Shown: positions 1 to 10,680 of the stretch, one piece after another
Position numbering within the stretch: position 1 is the stretch's first letter
Layout: the number at the start of each line of letters is the position of its first letter
Source: Batkoa obscura
Taxonomy: Eukaryota
DNA: 48,925 nt
Assembly (NCBI GenBank): GCA_030770535.1
Contig: JASVEC010000115.1
Location: 1 to 48,925, forward strand
Direction of reading: 5' to 3'
The notes under the pieces: model-generated
Databases searched by the model: none
What the model saw: only the letters and a program-made list of their open reading frames with translations
What the model was told of the DNA's origin: nothing
Translations under genes and position numbers: made by a program

Positions 1-252
1 CTCAAGGCTCTTAATTGAATTATTCCCTAGTATTGTATCTTTAATAAAGCCATCAAGTTTTAATAGTATTTTACATAGGTTTTACAGTAGTATCTTCTAT
101 TTTATTTATTTCATATATTTTATAGCTTATTGGGCACTATTTCTATTAATTTAAGCCCATCTTAGCTACATAAACTAAGGCCTTTCGACTCACGACTAGT
201 TAAGTAGGCTAGAATTGCTTTTAACTCCAATCACTGAGTATCAGATTTTACA
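1..252 (+). repeat. 5' LTR (3' portion only)
   Basis: Aligns with the 3' half of the LTR family (AATAAAGCC polyA signal, CATAAACTAAG, CACTGAGTA..AGATTTTACA end). Confidence 0.9.
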
Positions 253-254
253 TT

Positions 255-268
255 TGGCGCTCATAACT
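255..268 (+). promoter_or_regulatory. putative primer binding site (TGGCGCTCATAACT)
   Basis: TGG-initiated sequence 2 nt after the LTR end, complementary to a tRNA 3' ..GCGCCA; the tRNA is not identified. Confidence 0.7.
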
Positions 269-373
269 AGGAAAGCTCTTGTAACTACTCTAGGTACCCT
301 TCATAATCTTTCCTTTACGGTCCTTACCGCGTAACCATCCCCAAAAACCCTTAACCCCCTTAACTTTCAAACT

Positions 374-3300
374 ATGGTCAATAATAGCTTTATACCCTAT
401 TTTGCTGACTCAAGATATCTTCTTGATAACTGTCAACAATTGTCCATAACTGGATATGACATGGGTAGTAGTAATGAAGAAGAAGTTAGTATTCTCACTC
501 CAGAAATAGATATTGCTGCTCTGAAACGAGCAGCACTGCCTTCACATGTTATAAAATCGGTTGCTACCTATGGAGCTGTTCCTATGGACGTTCTTAGTGG
601 TGATTTTTCTGCTTGGAGACAATATCAAAATAGTGGCTCTAGTACTCAAATCACTTTTCGTGCTCAGTATCAAACGGTACCTACTCTCTCCCACGCTCAA
701 CAATATTTAGTAGAGTTCTTACACAACAAACTCATCCAGATGGTTGGTGAACTCAACCGTCTTTCAACTCACACTAATGAATTGTCTACCTCTTTGAGCT
801 CACTTCTAGGTACAGTTAATAATCTCTCCATGGTTATTAACCAAAACAATGATATAACCACCCTCTTAAATAAATTCCATACTAGTAAGTTAAATGAGTT
901 CGACCAAAGGCTCAAAAATACCATTAGTTATGAAGTTCATAGAGATTTGGTAAAAGAAGTAAGAGACTTCAAGGCTGAATTGCATCAGCTTGATACCAAC
1001 TTACACTCCGAGATAGTTAAGATCTCTGACGAGATCAATATTTTCCTCACTGAGATCAATGAGCATACTGCCGAAAGAATCGCAAATATTAATGGAAAAG
1101 TGAAAACCGCTTTCACAGAACTTCACAGATCGTTGATGACTACATTTAACGAGTACAATCATCGTTTATCTTGTATTGAACAATCCCCTGCGTCTGCATC
1201 AACCAAAGATTCCAGAATCTTGGCTTTAAAACAAGATTTAGCTATTTGTAATCAACAACCGGCTCAACAAGTAACTATCATCAACCAGCTCATCACTTCC
1301 AATAATAGTTTGAAGGAACAAATTAGATTGGATAAAGAGCAATCAGTAGCTGACTGGAACGAAATTTCGCGCAACATACAGAGTACTAAAGAAGAGCTCA
1401 TTCTTCTTCAGACCAAGGTAGCCTCCAATACCAGTCAAATCAAGGCGTTTTCCTGTAATTGTAAGAAGAGGCGTATTGGTGTTTCAGTATCTCGCTCTAG
1501 ACTCTCGAATTATAGAAATATTACAAAATACAAAGTGTATGATCTAAGTGATGGTACTATACAGTCTATCCTTGATACTGAATATCAAATGAACCCCAAG
1601 TGTCGTGATTCTATTTACTCAGTACAATCGGATGATCAGCCAAAAAAAGGAGACTTACCTCAAGTTTCTACATACTTGTCTCGATCGCTTCCCAGAATGA
1701 CTACCGCACCTACTGATGGTATTTACTCCAGAAATCCTGCTATAAGGTCCAATGCTGCGTCAATACGACCTCGTGTACAACCCTACCCTGAGGTTAACCT
1801 AGATAATCCTTTCAAAAATAATAACAAAGACAAGTCACCACATAACGCTTCTCAAATCACTCAACGTGCATTCTATGAACAACCTTTACCTTACTACATA
1901 CAACCTGATCCAATTCCTGCTCAACGCAATTATAGTACATTATATAATAATCATGATGGTCATTGTAGCCATTATGGACCTTCTGGTAACAATCAAAGCT
2001 CGCATAGCTTCTCAACATACCGCCGCGACTATCCAAGAAGCTCCTTACCTATTAATAACAAGTTTAATTTTAATCTCTTATTCAATCCAAGCGAAATTAC
2101 TGCTACCAGCTTTATCAAAGCTCTAGAAGCTTGTCTTGATGCAAACAACTGGTCCTATGAGTGTCGCTCCCAATGCCTCTTAGATCAGCTACAAACAAAA
2201 GAATTTTCCTGGTGCATGACCTTACCTGATGACTTACGTAGTAACTGGAACTCTTTCAAAAAGGCATTTATAGATCATTACGATTTTGATGTAAAAATGG
2301 AAGCAAAAAAAGTAGCCCTTTTATCTTTACGTTTAGACGACGAAAGTAAACTTGAGAATTTCATTACAAACGTAAGAAATCGTGCTAATGCCTTAATTTC
2401 CTGTGAAAAGTTAAGCGTTACAGACCTCCGCCTGGCCTTCCAACGAAACCTTCCAAGTCATATCGCACGTCTTTTTATATATCCTCACCATAATATCATT
2501 AATGTTACACAGATGATAGAAATTTTAGAGCTGTATCTTAGAAGTTCAAAAGGGGAAGTTAGATCCAAAAAACTGTATGCTAATCATATAGATAGCAAAA
2601 CTCTGGACTATCGTATAATAAACTATCGGACTAATAATAAATCAATTGACGTTACTCTCTGCGGATTAGTATCTGTGATTTATCAATATCCAGACATAGC
2701 GTATAGGCAGTCTGGAATCCCCATTATTTCCCCTAAGAACTTATTAATACCGCCTAAATCACAGGTAGTGCTAGATACTAAAATCTTATTATGGGTACCT
2801 AAGGAGTTCCATCTATCTATATACAGTATAGAAGGTGTTTCACGATTAGAGCCTTTAGTTATGCCTGGAGTCTTAGGTGACAATATGAATGAGACTATTA
2901 AGTTATTGCTTGCAAGCATCACTAAAAAAGATATCAATATTTCTAGAGGTCAACAGGTTGGAATCATACATCTAGAAAATAACGCTTTGATCAGTACTTT
3001 CAGTAAATTTGCAACACTAGAAGAATTCCAAATTTATGAAGTCCCTAATGGCCAGACCTCGTTTATCAAAAAAGACACCATTGGACATCTAAATCAAGAT
3101 GAACAACTCCAATTTTATAAATTGCTGGAAGAATATAAAGAGATTTTTGGAACTTCAGAAGAAGATATTGACTGTGCCCGCAACACTAAACATAAAGTAT
3201 ATACGTGCGATCCACTACTTGTCGCAACCAAAGCGTATCATGAATCTCAGTCCGAACTTAGGGCAGAACGAGAAGAAGTCCAAAAACTCCTAAATTTAGG

Positions 3301-4834
3301 CTTAATTATCCCTTTGGATAGTCCATGGGCCTCTCCTCTTATGATTGTTAAGAAAAAGGGCGGAACTAATAGAGTAGTTATGGACTATAGAAAGCTTAAC
3401 AAAGTCACAAAAGGTGTATACCCTCTACCCAGAATAGATGATGCTGTTGACCGCTTACAAGGGGCAAAATATTTTTCGGCAATGGATCTAATCTCAGGAT
3501 ACTGGCAGATAGAAATGGATTCAGAAGACCAAGAAAAGTGCGCTTTGATTACTTCTGAATGGCTATTTCAACTAACTAGGATCCCACAAGGCTTTTCAAA
3601 CACCTCTGCTACATTACAACATCTTATGGATAATACAATAGCCGATCTTAAGCTTTTATGTGTGCTAGTTTACCTAGATGACTTGAATGTGTTTTCGAAA
3701 ACTTTTGTGGATCACCTAGCTCATCTTAAAGCAGTACTCGAACGTCTTCGCCAAGCTAGCCTAAAGTCAGAACTAAAGAAATGTTCATTCTTCCAAACTA
3801 GCCTGGAATTTCTAGGCTATAAGGTCTCTGACAAAGTTTTAGCCCCTATTCCTAATAAATTAGATGAATTAAGAGAACTTCTCTCCCCAACTACACTCAA
3901 GGAGGTACAAGTATTCCTTGGGTTGATGAATTATTATCAAAGATTTATAAAAGATTTCTCGAATTTGGCTATTCCACTGTTCCAACTGTTAAAGAAAGAA
4001 TCCAAGTTTCAATGGGAGAAAGAGCACCAACAAGCGTTTGAAGAACTCCGCGACAAGCTGCTCAATGCTCCAGTTTTAATGTTTCCAAATTTTTCAAAGT
4101 CCTTCTTTCTAAATACTGACGCTAGTCCAACTGCAGTTGGAGGTGTTTTAAGCCAATTAGATGATGATAACTGCGAACATCCAATAGCTTATACCTCTAG
4201 AGCCTTATCGAAACACGAGATGAATTTTACTACGACAGAGAAAGAATGCCTTGCAATTATTCATGCTATAAAGACATTTAGACCGTACATCTATAGCACT
4301 CACTTTACTATTATCACCAACCATGTTTCCTTAAAACGGTTGTATTCGATCACTAATCCTGAAGGGCGTTTAGCTAGGTGGGCTCTAAAACTACAATCGT
4401 ATAGTTTTGATATAGTATATAAACAAGGTAAAGATAATCACAATGCGCATAGGCTTAGAAAGTTATCCAGGATCTGTCTAGCCGCTCTCATAGATGATGA
4501 TCTGTATAACCTATCAGGCGATAAAGATAAGTGGTCGCAACAGCAACCTGAACTCAAACAATGGCTTGAGAAAAACGCTCAGAGTATCATTGTCAAAGGT
4601 AATCCATTGTACAAAAAGATCAAAGGAACATATATCCTATATATTAGACCTTCTTCACAGTTGTCTGTATGTCAAAAGTTCCATAACATGATCTGCGGAC
4701 ATTCAGCCTTCCAAAAAACGTATGATGTCATGAAAGTTTTTTGTTATTGGAAATCAATGATACCGGACTTAAAAGACTTCATAAATAGTTGCGATGTTTG
4801 TAAAAAAAACAACAAAATAGGACAAAAGCAGTAG
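374..4834 (+). CDS. Gypsy Gag-Pol polyprotein (1486 aa): coiled-coil N-terminus, capsid-like domain, dUTPase-like segment, RT, RNase H, integrase Zn finger; truncated before the integrase core
   Basis: SPWASP, DYRKLN, YPLPRIDD, DLISGYWQ, VYLDD (RT); TDAS, TEKECLA, RLARWAL (RNase H); H..GH..C..C (IN Zn finger); WNSFKKAF capsid-like motif. Confidence 0.93.
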   Translation: MVNNSFIPYFADSRYLLDNCQQLSITGYDMGSSNEEEVSILTPEIDIAALKRAALPSHVIKSVATYGAVPMDVLSGDFSAWRQYQNSGSSTQITFRAQYQTVPTLSHAQQYLVEFLHNKLIQMVGELNRLSTHTNELSTSLSSLLGTVNNLSMVINQNNDITTLLNKFHTSKLNEFDQRLKNTISYEVHRDLVKEVRDFKAELHQLDTNLHSEIVKISDEINIFLTEINEHTAERIANINGKVKTAFTELHRSLMTTFNEYNHRLSCIEQSPASASTKDSRILALKQDLAICNQQPAQQVTIINQLITSNNSLKEQIRLDKEQSVADWNEISRNIQSTKEELILLQTKVASNTSQIKAFSCNCKKRRIGVSVSRSRLSNYRNITKYKVYDLSDGTIQSILDTEYQMNPKCRDSIYSVQSDDQPKKGDLPQVSTYLSRSLPRMTTAPTDGIYSRNPAIRSNAASIRPRVQPYPEVNLDNPFKNNNKDKSPHNASQITQRAFYEQPLPYYIQPDPIPAQRNYSTLYNNHDGHCSHYGPSGNNQSSHSFSTYRRDYPRSSLPINNKFNFNLLFNPSEITATSFIKALEACLDANNWSYECRSQCLLDQLQTKEFSWCMTLPDDLRSNWNSFKKAFIDHYDFDVKMEAKKVALLSLRLDDESKLENFITNVRNRANALISCEKLSVTDLRLAFQRNLPSHIARLFIYPHHNIINVTQMIEILELYLRSSKGEVRSKKLYANHIDSKTLDYRIINYRTNNKSIDVTLCGLVSVIYQYPDIAYRQSGIPIISPKNLLIPPKSQVVLDTKILLWVPKEFHLSIYSIEGVSRLEPLVMPGVLGDNMNETIKLLLASITKKDINISRGQQVGIIHLENNALISTFSKFATLEEFQIYEVPNGQTSFIKKDTIGHLNQDEQLQFYKLLEEYKEIFGTSEEDIDCARNTKHKVYTCDPLLVATKAYHESQSELRAEREEVQKLLNLGLIIPLDSPWASPLMIVKKKGGTNRVVMDYRKLNKVTKGVYPLPRIDDAVDRLQGAKYFSAMDLISGYWQIEMDSEDQEKCALITSEWLFQLTRIPQGFSNTSATLQHLMDNTIADLKLLCVLVYLDDLNVFSKTFVDHLAHLKAVLERLRQASLKSELKKCSFFQTSLEFLGYKVSDKVLAPIPNKLDELRELLSPTTLKEVQVFLGLMNYYQRFIKDFSNLAIPLFQLLKKESKFQWEKEHQQAFEELRDKLLNAPVLMFPNFSKSFFLNTDASPTAVGGVLSQLDDDNCEHPIAYTSRALSKHEMNFTTTEKECLAIIHAIKTFRPYIYSTHFTIITNHVSLKRLYSITNPEGRLARWALKLQSYSFDIVYKQGKDNHNAHRLRKLSRICLAALIDDDLYNLSGDKDKWSQQQPELKQWLEKNAQSIIVKGNPLYKKIKGTYILYIRPSSQLSVCQKFHNMICGHSAFQKTYDVMKVFCYWKSMIPDLKDFINSCDVCKKNNKIGQKQ

Positions 4835-5800
4835 CTTGTAAGCTTATTTACCTAAACATGTATTTTACACAGTAAGTATAGATGTTGTAGATCCTATTCG
4901 AGAAGCTTCTTTATTAAGAATAAATAAACATATTGTTGTAGCTGTAGACCGTTTAAACAAGTGGTTTGAAGCTAGAACAACAATAAGCCAGACTTCCTTT
5001 CCCATATCCAAATATACATAAAAAGATATTATTTGTAGATATGGAAGCCCTCAGGTGATGCTTACTGACGATTTTACCAATTTTGTTAATCTAGCTCTCT
5101 CAATTAGCTAGACTAATAGCCACAAAGCATTCTACTGCAACTTCATACCACCTTGGAACTAACGGAATGATAAACCAGTGTGTATACTAAGGAAGTTAGC
5201 TTTCAACGAAGCTAGCTCTTGAAATGTATACCTATATTCTGCCATTTTAGCATATAGACATTCAGTGCATAATATTATCAAAAAATCTCCTTTTGTTATG
5301 CTTTATGAGAAACACCCTGGACTTCCCATATCTTCCACCTCTTTAATCACTAAACAAGGCCAGATGAGCCCTGACATGTATTTGGCTAAACTAACAAAAA
5401 AATTGATGGCTACGCAAGTTGACGCCTTTAGCGCATTAAAAGATTCGAAAATAAAGAGGTATCAACAAGATATGTCTCAACTTCCTAGTCTAGCTATCTT
5501 CAAGATAGGCAATATTATTTATCTGTATCCTTCCTACGATCAATCTAGAAAAAATAAACTAGCACTGGAATGAGACGGATCATATAAAATCATATGTAGA
5601 CACTTATATGATGGTTACTCAGTCAAATATAAAGGAACAAGAGTCATTTATAATTAACCGCGTACCAAGTTTCTCAAATCAGCAATGTGATTCAACGGGT
5701 ATAATTTGTAACTGGCCGAATTGTACTATAACTATTGCGAAAGAATTGAATAAGACTAATTGTTTTGGCTCTCTTATAGGCTCTTGGTAAGCAAACCATA
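4835..5800 (+). pseudogene. disrupted integrase catalytic core and C-terminus
   Basis: Integrase-like fragments across frames (SIDVVDP, IVVAVDRLNKWFEA, RYGSPQVMLTD, YHLGTNG, YRHSVHNIIKKSPF) broken by stops and frameshifts. Confidence 0.85.
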
Positions 5801-5833
5801 AAGATTTACTAAATCAAATCATAGGGTGTGAAA

Positions 5834-6293
5834 TGTGAGATATCGCTTTGTCACCTCCATGATTAATTGCAATACAGCAATCACTTAAGTCATTATGTCC
5901 TCGAGTTTAGAGACAATCAATTCCATGCTCTTAGTTTGATTTGCTATGAGAATTTGTATCTTCGTCCTAAAAAATATTATCTCCATGTTTTGATATCTAT
6001 ACTTGTCGGAATATAAAAGAGACTCTGGAACATAGTAACTCGAGGCTTTTTAACTGAATTATTCCTTGATATCTCCTACATTTAGTAAAGCTATTAAATC
6101 TTCTTGATAATATCTTATATAGATTTTACAGTAATATTATTTATTCTATTTGTCTTACATAGTCTGTAGCCTATTACGCATTATTTTTCATAACTCAAGT
6201 CTATCTTAGCTACATAAACTAAAACCTTTCAACCTATGGCTAGTCAATCAACCAAAAAGTACTTAACTTTAATCACTGAGTACCAATTTCATA
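5834..6293 (+). repeat. 3' LTR of the Gypsy element
   Basis: Starts TGTGAGATATCGCTTTGTCA, ends GAGTACCAATTTCATA (family ends TGTGAAAT..ATTTCACA); TATAAAAG box inside. Confidence 0.92.
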
Positions 6294-7312
6294 GCATTTT
6301 AGGGATTTTTATAATAAAAAGATATTTTAAAATATTAAATAAAATAGAAAAATATTGTCTAATTAATTTCAAAGTTTAAGGTTTTTATTTACAAATATAA
6401 TAAAATCAATAGTTTAATTATTAACAATAAGAAAACAAATATAATTTTAAAAAAAATAAAAAAAATAAAAAATATAAAAAATATAAAAAATATAAAAAAT
6501 ATAAAAAATATAAAAAATATAAAAAATATAAAAAATATAAAAAATATAAAAAATATAAAAAATATAAAAAATATAAAAAATATAGGTATTGTATTTAACT
6601 AAATATGATAAATTATATTATTACCCAGTATCTAATAGATTAAAGATATCTAATGTAATTTTAATTAAAGTTATAAAATTTACAAAACAAGAAAATTATA
6701 AAATTAATTCCAACTTATTTTACAAGAATAAGTGAAAGTTTAAAATTTTTAATATTTACTAAATAAGTAAATAGTTTATTAAGTGATAAAAATTAATTAC
6801 TAAATATTAATATTACTTAATTTATTGATAGTTAAGCTAATAGATGGTTGAAAAGTAAGTAGCTATAATAATAAATAAAAACTATTATTATATTATTTGT
6901 ATTATATAAAAATAACTAATTGTAACTTTGAGGCTAATCACTCCCTCTTATGCAGCTATTTATTAACTTAGTAATATATTAATAATGTAATTATGATATT
7001 AAAACTATTGATGTATTTTATAGCAAATCCATAATATTGAGTATAAAACAGTTAATAGTAAATATCTCTCAATGAAGTTTTATAAGAACACGTATTTATT
7101 GACATATTATAACTTTGATTAATATTAATATATAAGTTATATTAGTAAAGTCCTTGCTAATATGGCAATTTATATTAGATCTAATAAAAATTCTGCTAAC
7201 TTACAACATATCTTATAACAAATAGTTTAAAAGTGCTAAGTACTTTTGTTTTTTAATAAATAGTTTATCTTTATATAGTTCTAAGCAAAGTTCTAAAATA
7301 TAAAATATAAAA
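5841..7312 (+). repeat. left arm of 1472-bp inverted repeat
   Basis: Reverse complement of 9662-11133; only one mismatch noticed by eye, near the outer end. Confidence 0.97.
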
Positions 7313-7403
7313 CTAGGTTTTATTTTAATACTATTTTATTGGTTATCCTATCCAAAATTAAGTTAAAAAATGAATAAAAAATGAAACCAGTTTGGACATC
7401 TCC
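6294..7403 (+). mobile_element. decayed 3' half of a Sola2-family transposon, into which the Gypsy element inserted
   Basis: Aligns with about 32184-33091 of the intact element (from GCATTTT to TIR-like GAAACCAGTTTGGACATCTCC). Confidence 0.8.
6467..6583 (+). repeat. (AAAAAATAT)13 tandem repeat; mirrored at 10391-10507
   Basis: Direct reading of the 9-bp unit. Confidence 0.95.
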
Positions 7404-7906
7404 ACTAACACTAGGTCTCTTAAGTTGTTCAATTTGAGTATTCAAAATTTTATTATAATTAATAAATTATTTAGACCATCAACCTTTTAAGCGAAAAAAA
7501 CACAATTTTTTTAGTTGTACTTTTAAATAACAAAACCTAACCTTTTCTCCTTGGTTTACTTGGCATTAATAAATATCAAACGCTTATTCATATCAAATAT
7601 TTTTTGTTGCTTTTTGAGTTTTAAACTTTGTATATCATTTACAATTCATTTAAAGCGAACAATGATCTATAAAAGACAATCAATCATATTTGGTATTATC
7701 TTAAATAAATTTAAAAAACTTCAGGAGCTCTGGAGGCTTCAATCTCTTTGTTTGATAACTTGATCTTCATATTATCAAAACGGTCGTATGTGTAATATTC
7801 TCAAGATTTTTTTGAAAAAAAGCAACTATTATGTAAACATAAAATATTTTTAATTCTAATAGCTTTATGAAAAGTTATACAAGAATATTAAGCGTTTATT
7901 TACTAA

Positions 7907-8497
7907 TCATTTAAATATAGGCTCCAAGTTGATATCCAGTGTATCATAGAGCTCCATATTTTGTGTAGTAGAATATGGCTTTGGTGAAGGTTTATTCCTT
8001 TTCTTTATATTTTGCCTAGGTTTATATTTATAGTTAGGATATTTTGTCTTATGTATGGATTTCTCGGCTTCAGCCATCTCCAAGTATCTTTGTTTAACCT
8101 CAAAGCCTTCATGTTTCCACATTCTACCAATAATCTGTGATATTTTTTTATTGTCGGCCATTTTGTTTGTACTACTTATCTCCTTATGTTTATCTTTCCT
8201 ATAAAGTATAAATGCATTTGCAGGCCTAGGTATTTTGTCAGTATCATCTGTTTTAGATAATGTTTTGCTTTCGCTTGAGCTATCTTCATCTTTTCTGATA
8301 ATTATCTTTTCTGCAAATGACTTTGAAATTAATAAAGGATAATGACCTTCTGGGATAAAAAAACAATCTTTCTGGTCTAAAGAAAATTCATCTTTCAAAG
8401 GCTCCATTCTGATACCATCGCCATTTTCAATGAGGTAGTCAAACTTACTTTCGTCCAAAAAAAGCAGGTGCTCATTTAACCTTAAAGGGCTATGCAT
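7907..8497 (-). CDS. MATA-type HMG-box transcription factor (SexM/SexP, MAT1-2-1, Ste11, Rox1-like class), single exon
   Basis: KIPRPANAFILYRKDKH..ISQIIGRMWK..YLEMAEAEK..H..KYPNYKYKPR sequence-specific HMG box. Confidence 0.93.
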   Translation of the reverse strand: MHSPLRLNEHLLFLDESKFDYLIENGDGIRMEPLKDEFSLDQKDCFFIPEGHYPLLISKSFAEKIIIRKDEDSSSESKTLSKTDDTDKIPRPANAFILYRKDKHKEISSTNKMADNKKISQIIGRMWKHEGFEVKQRYLEMAEAEKSIHKTKYPNYKYKPRQNIKKRNKPSPKPYSTTQNMELYDTLDINLEPIFK

Positions 8498-8625
8498 TTT
8501 AGTTGTATGTTGATTGTTGGTATAACGTCAAGGTTGATTGGTGGCTAATTATTTTTGATTTATCCTCTTTAGATTCTTTTTCTAATACTTACTCTTTAAA
8601 ATTGAAACAAAAGTAATTAAGCAAC

Positions 8626-9013
8626 ACAGCTATTTGTAGAATAACCTTTGTTACAAAATTTCAAGCTGGTGCTAGCATGAATAATGGAATGTAAATATAA
8701 GGAATATAAGCTATTGAATGCATCATTTGAGTGATTTGTATAAAAATCATATGTTTAAACCCTTTACCGATATAGGTTAAATCTTTTTTAATTTAAATCA
8801 AATTTCCTTAATAATTGTAGGCCATTGTTAAATATACAGCTATTTGTAAAATAACTTTTGCCACAAAATTAAGCTAGTGTTAGCATGAATAATAGAATAT
8901 AAATATAAGGAATATAAGCTATTGAATGCATCACCTGAGTGATTTTTATAGAAATCATATGTTTAAACCCTTTACCAATATAGGTTAAATTTTTTTTAAT
9001 TTAAGTCAAATCT
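8626..9013. repeat. ~210-bp-period tandem duplication upstream of the HMG gene
   Basis: ACAGCTATTTGT..TAGCATGAATAAT..AAACCCTTTACC..TAGGTTAAAT repeated from 8626 and 8836. Confidence 0.9.
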
Positions 9014-9617
9014 TTTTAATTTAAATTAAACCTATTTTAATAAGTTAAATTTAGCCAATGATATTAGACCGTTCTTAAGTAAAGCTTCTTTTGATTTGAG
9101 GAAGATATACAGGATTAAATTTTGTTAGCTAAAAAAATAATAAAAGGGGAATTGATTGACTGGCAAAGGAGTATCCAGGTGTGCAGTAAGTAAAAAATAA
9201 TAGACCAAACAAATATCAGTTGTTTAGTGTTTGATATATATATTCAGGCTATTACAAATCACTCAGTTTTAATAGTAACTCCTTTGAGGATTTAAGGAAC
9301 GGTAGGATATCCCACAACATATATTAATAGATAAAATAACTACTAAAATATAATCCCTATTAAATTTTAAAGAGTTCGATTAGTTATTACAAATAAAATA
9401 AAAATTCTTACTAAGTCCTATAAAGTTTTATTAGTTATGAAATAACATTATGATAAAATATCTATTAAACTCTAAAAGATATTATTAGTTATAACAAATA
9501 AGGGATAAATAAATAGCATATAAGTTAAAAAAAACCTTGTTAGTTATGACAAATAGCAAAAAACTAACTAAAATACATCAAAAAAGAAGCGCTACTGAAT
9601 ATCAAAAGGCATTACAT

Positions 9618-10680
9618 GGGGTGTCGGAATTGATTTGATTTCTTTTATCTAACTTTCAAGATTTTATATTTTATATTTTAGAACTTTGCTTAGAACTATA
9701 TAAAGATAAACTATTTATTAAAAAACAAAAGTACTTAGCACTTTTAAACTATTTGTTATAAGATATGTTGTAAGTTAGCAGAATTTTTATTAGATCTAAT
9801 ATAAATTGCCATATTAGCAAGGACTTTACTAATATAACTTATATATTAATATTAATCAAAGTTATAATATGTCAATAAATACGTGTTCTTATAAAACTTC
9901 ATTGAGAGATATTTACTATTAACTGTTTTATACTCAATATTATGGATTTGCTATAAAATACATCAATAGTTTTAATATCATAATTACATTATTAATATAT
10001 TACTAAGTTAATAAATAGCTGCATAAGAGGGAGTGATTAGCCTCAAAGTTACAATTAGTTATTTTTATATAATACAAATAATATAATAATAGTTTTTATT
10101 TATTATTATAGCTACTTACTTTTCAACCATCTATTAGCTTAACTATCAATAAATTAAGTAATATTAATATTTAGTAATTAATTTTTATCACTTAATAAAC
10201 TATTTACTTATTTAGTAAATATTAAAAATTTTAAACTTTCACTTATTCTTGTAAAATAAGTTGGAATTAATTTTATAATTTTCTTGTTTTGTAAATTTTA
10301 TAACTTTAATTAAAATTACATTAGATATCTTTAATCTATTAGATACTGGGTAATAATATAATTTATCATATTTAGTTAAATACAATACCTATATTTTTTA
10401 TATTTTTTATATTTTTTATATTTTTTATATTTTTTATATTTTTTATATTTTTTATATTTTTTATATTTTTTATATTTTTTATATTTTTTATATTTTTTAT
10501 ATTTTTTATTTTTTTTATTTTTTTTAAAATTATATTTGTTTTCTTATTGTTAATAATTAAACTATTGATTTTATTATATTTGTAAATAAAAACCTTAAAC
10601 TTTGAAATTAATTAGACAATATTTTTCTATTTTATTTAATATTTTAAAATATCTTTTTATTATAAAAATCCCTAAAATGC
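9618..10680 (-). mobile_element. decayed Sola2 3' half, inverted copy, TIR at 9618
   Basis: GGGGTGTCGGAATTGATTTG resembles the family TIR; continues into the right IR arm. Confidence 0.75.

Larger units (their letters stand above)
1..6293 (+). mobile_element. Ty3/Gypsy LTR retrotransposon, decayed (5' LTR cut by window edge)
   Basis: 5' LTR remnant 1-252 ending ..TTTTACA, then PBS-like TGGCGC; gag-RT-RNaseH-integrase order; 3' LTR 5834-6293 homologous to the 5' LTR and to solo LTRs. Confidence 0.95.

Noticed and set aside
1866..4691. Short alternative-frame and antisense ORFs inside Gag-Pol (1866, 2683, 3099, 4494)
   Set aside because: Shadow ORFs of the polyprotein with no recognisable motifs
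6467..6583. 9-bp tandem array as CRISPR or telomeric repeat
   Set aside because: No spacers; appears to be a slippage expansion of an A-rich tract of the decayed transposase
6294..7403. RIP-like mutation in decayed TE copies
   Set aside because: Copies look AT-shifted, but I cannot establish dinucleotide context by eye, and near-identical repeats and intact TE ORFs persist nearby
7551..7763. 70-aa ORF in the spacer as a second mating-type gene
   Set aside because: TTG start, low-complexity AT-rich composition, no domain; cannot be supported, although a small spliced gene is not excluded
7907..8497. Assigning the symbol sexM or sexP
   Set aside because: HMG class fits, but orthology needs a phylogeny and the Mucorales flanking genes are absent from the window
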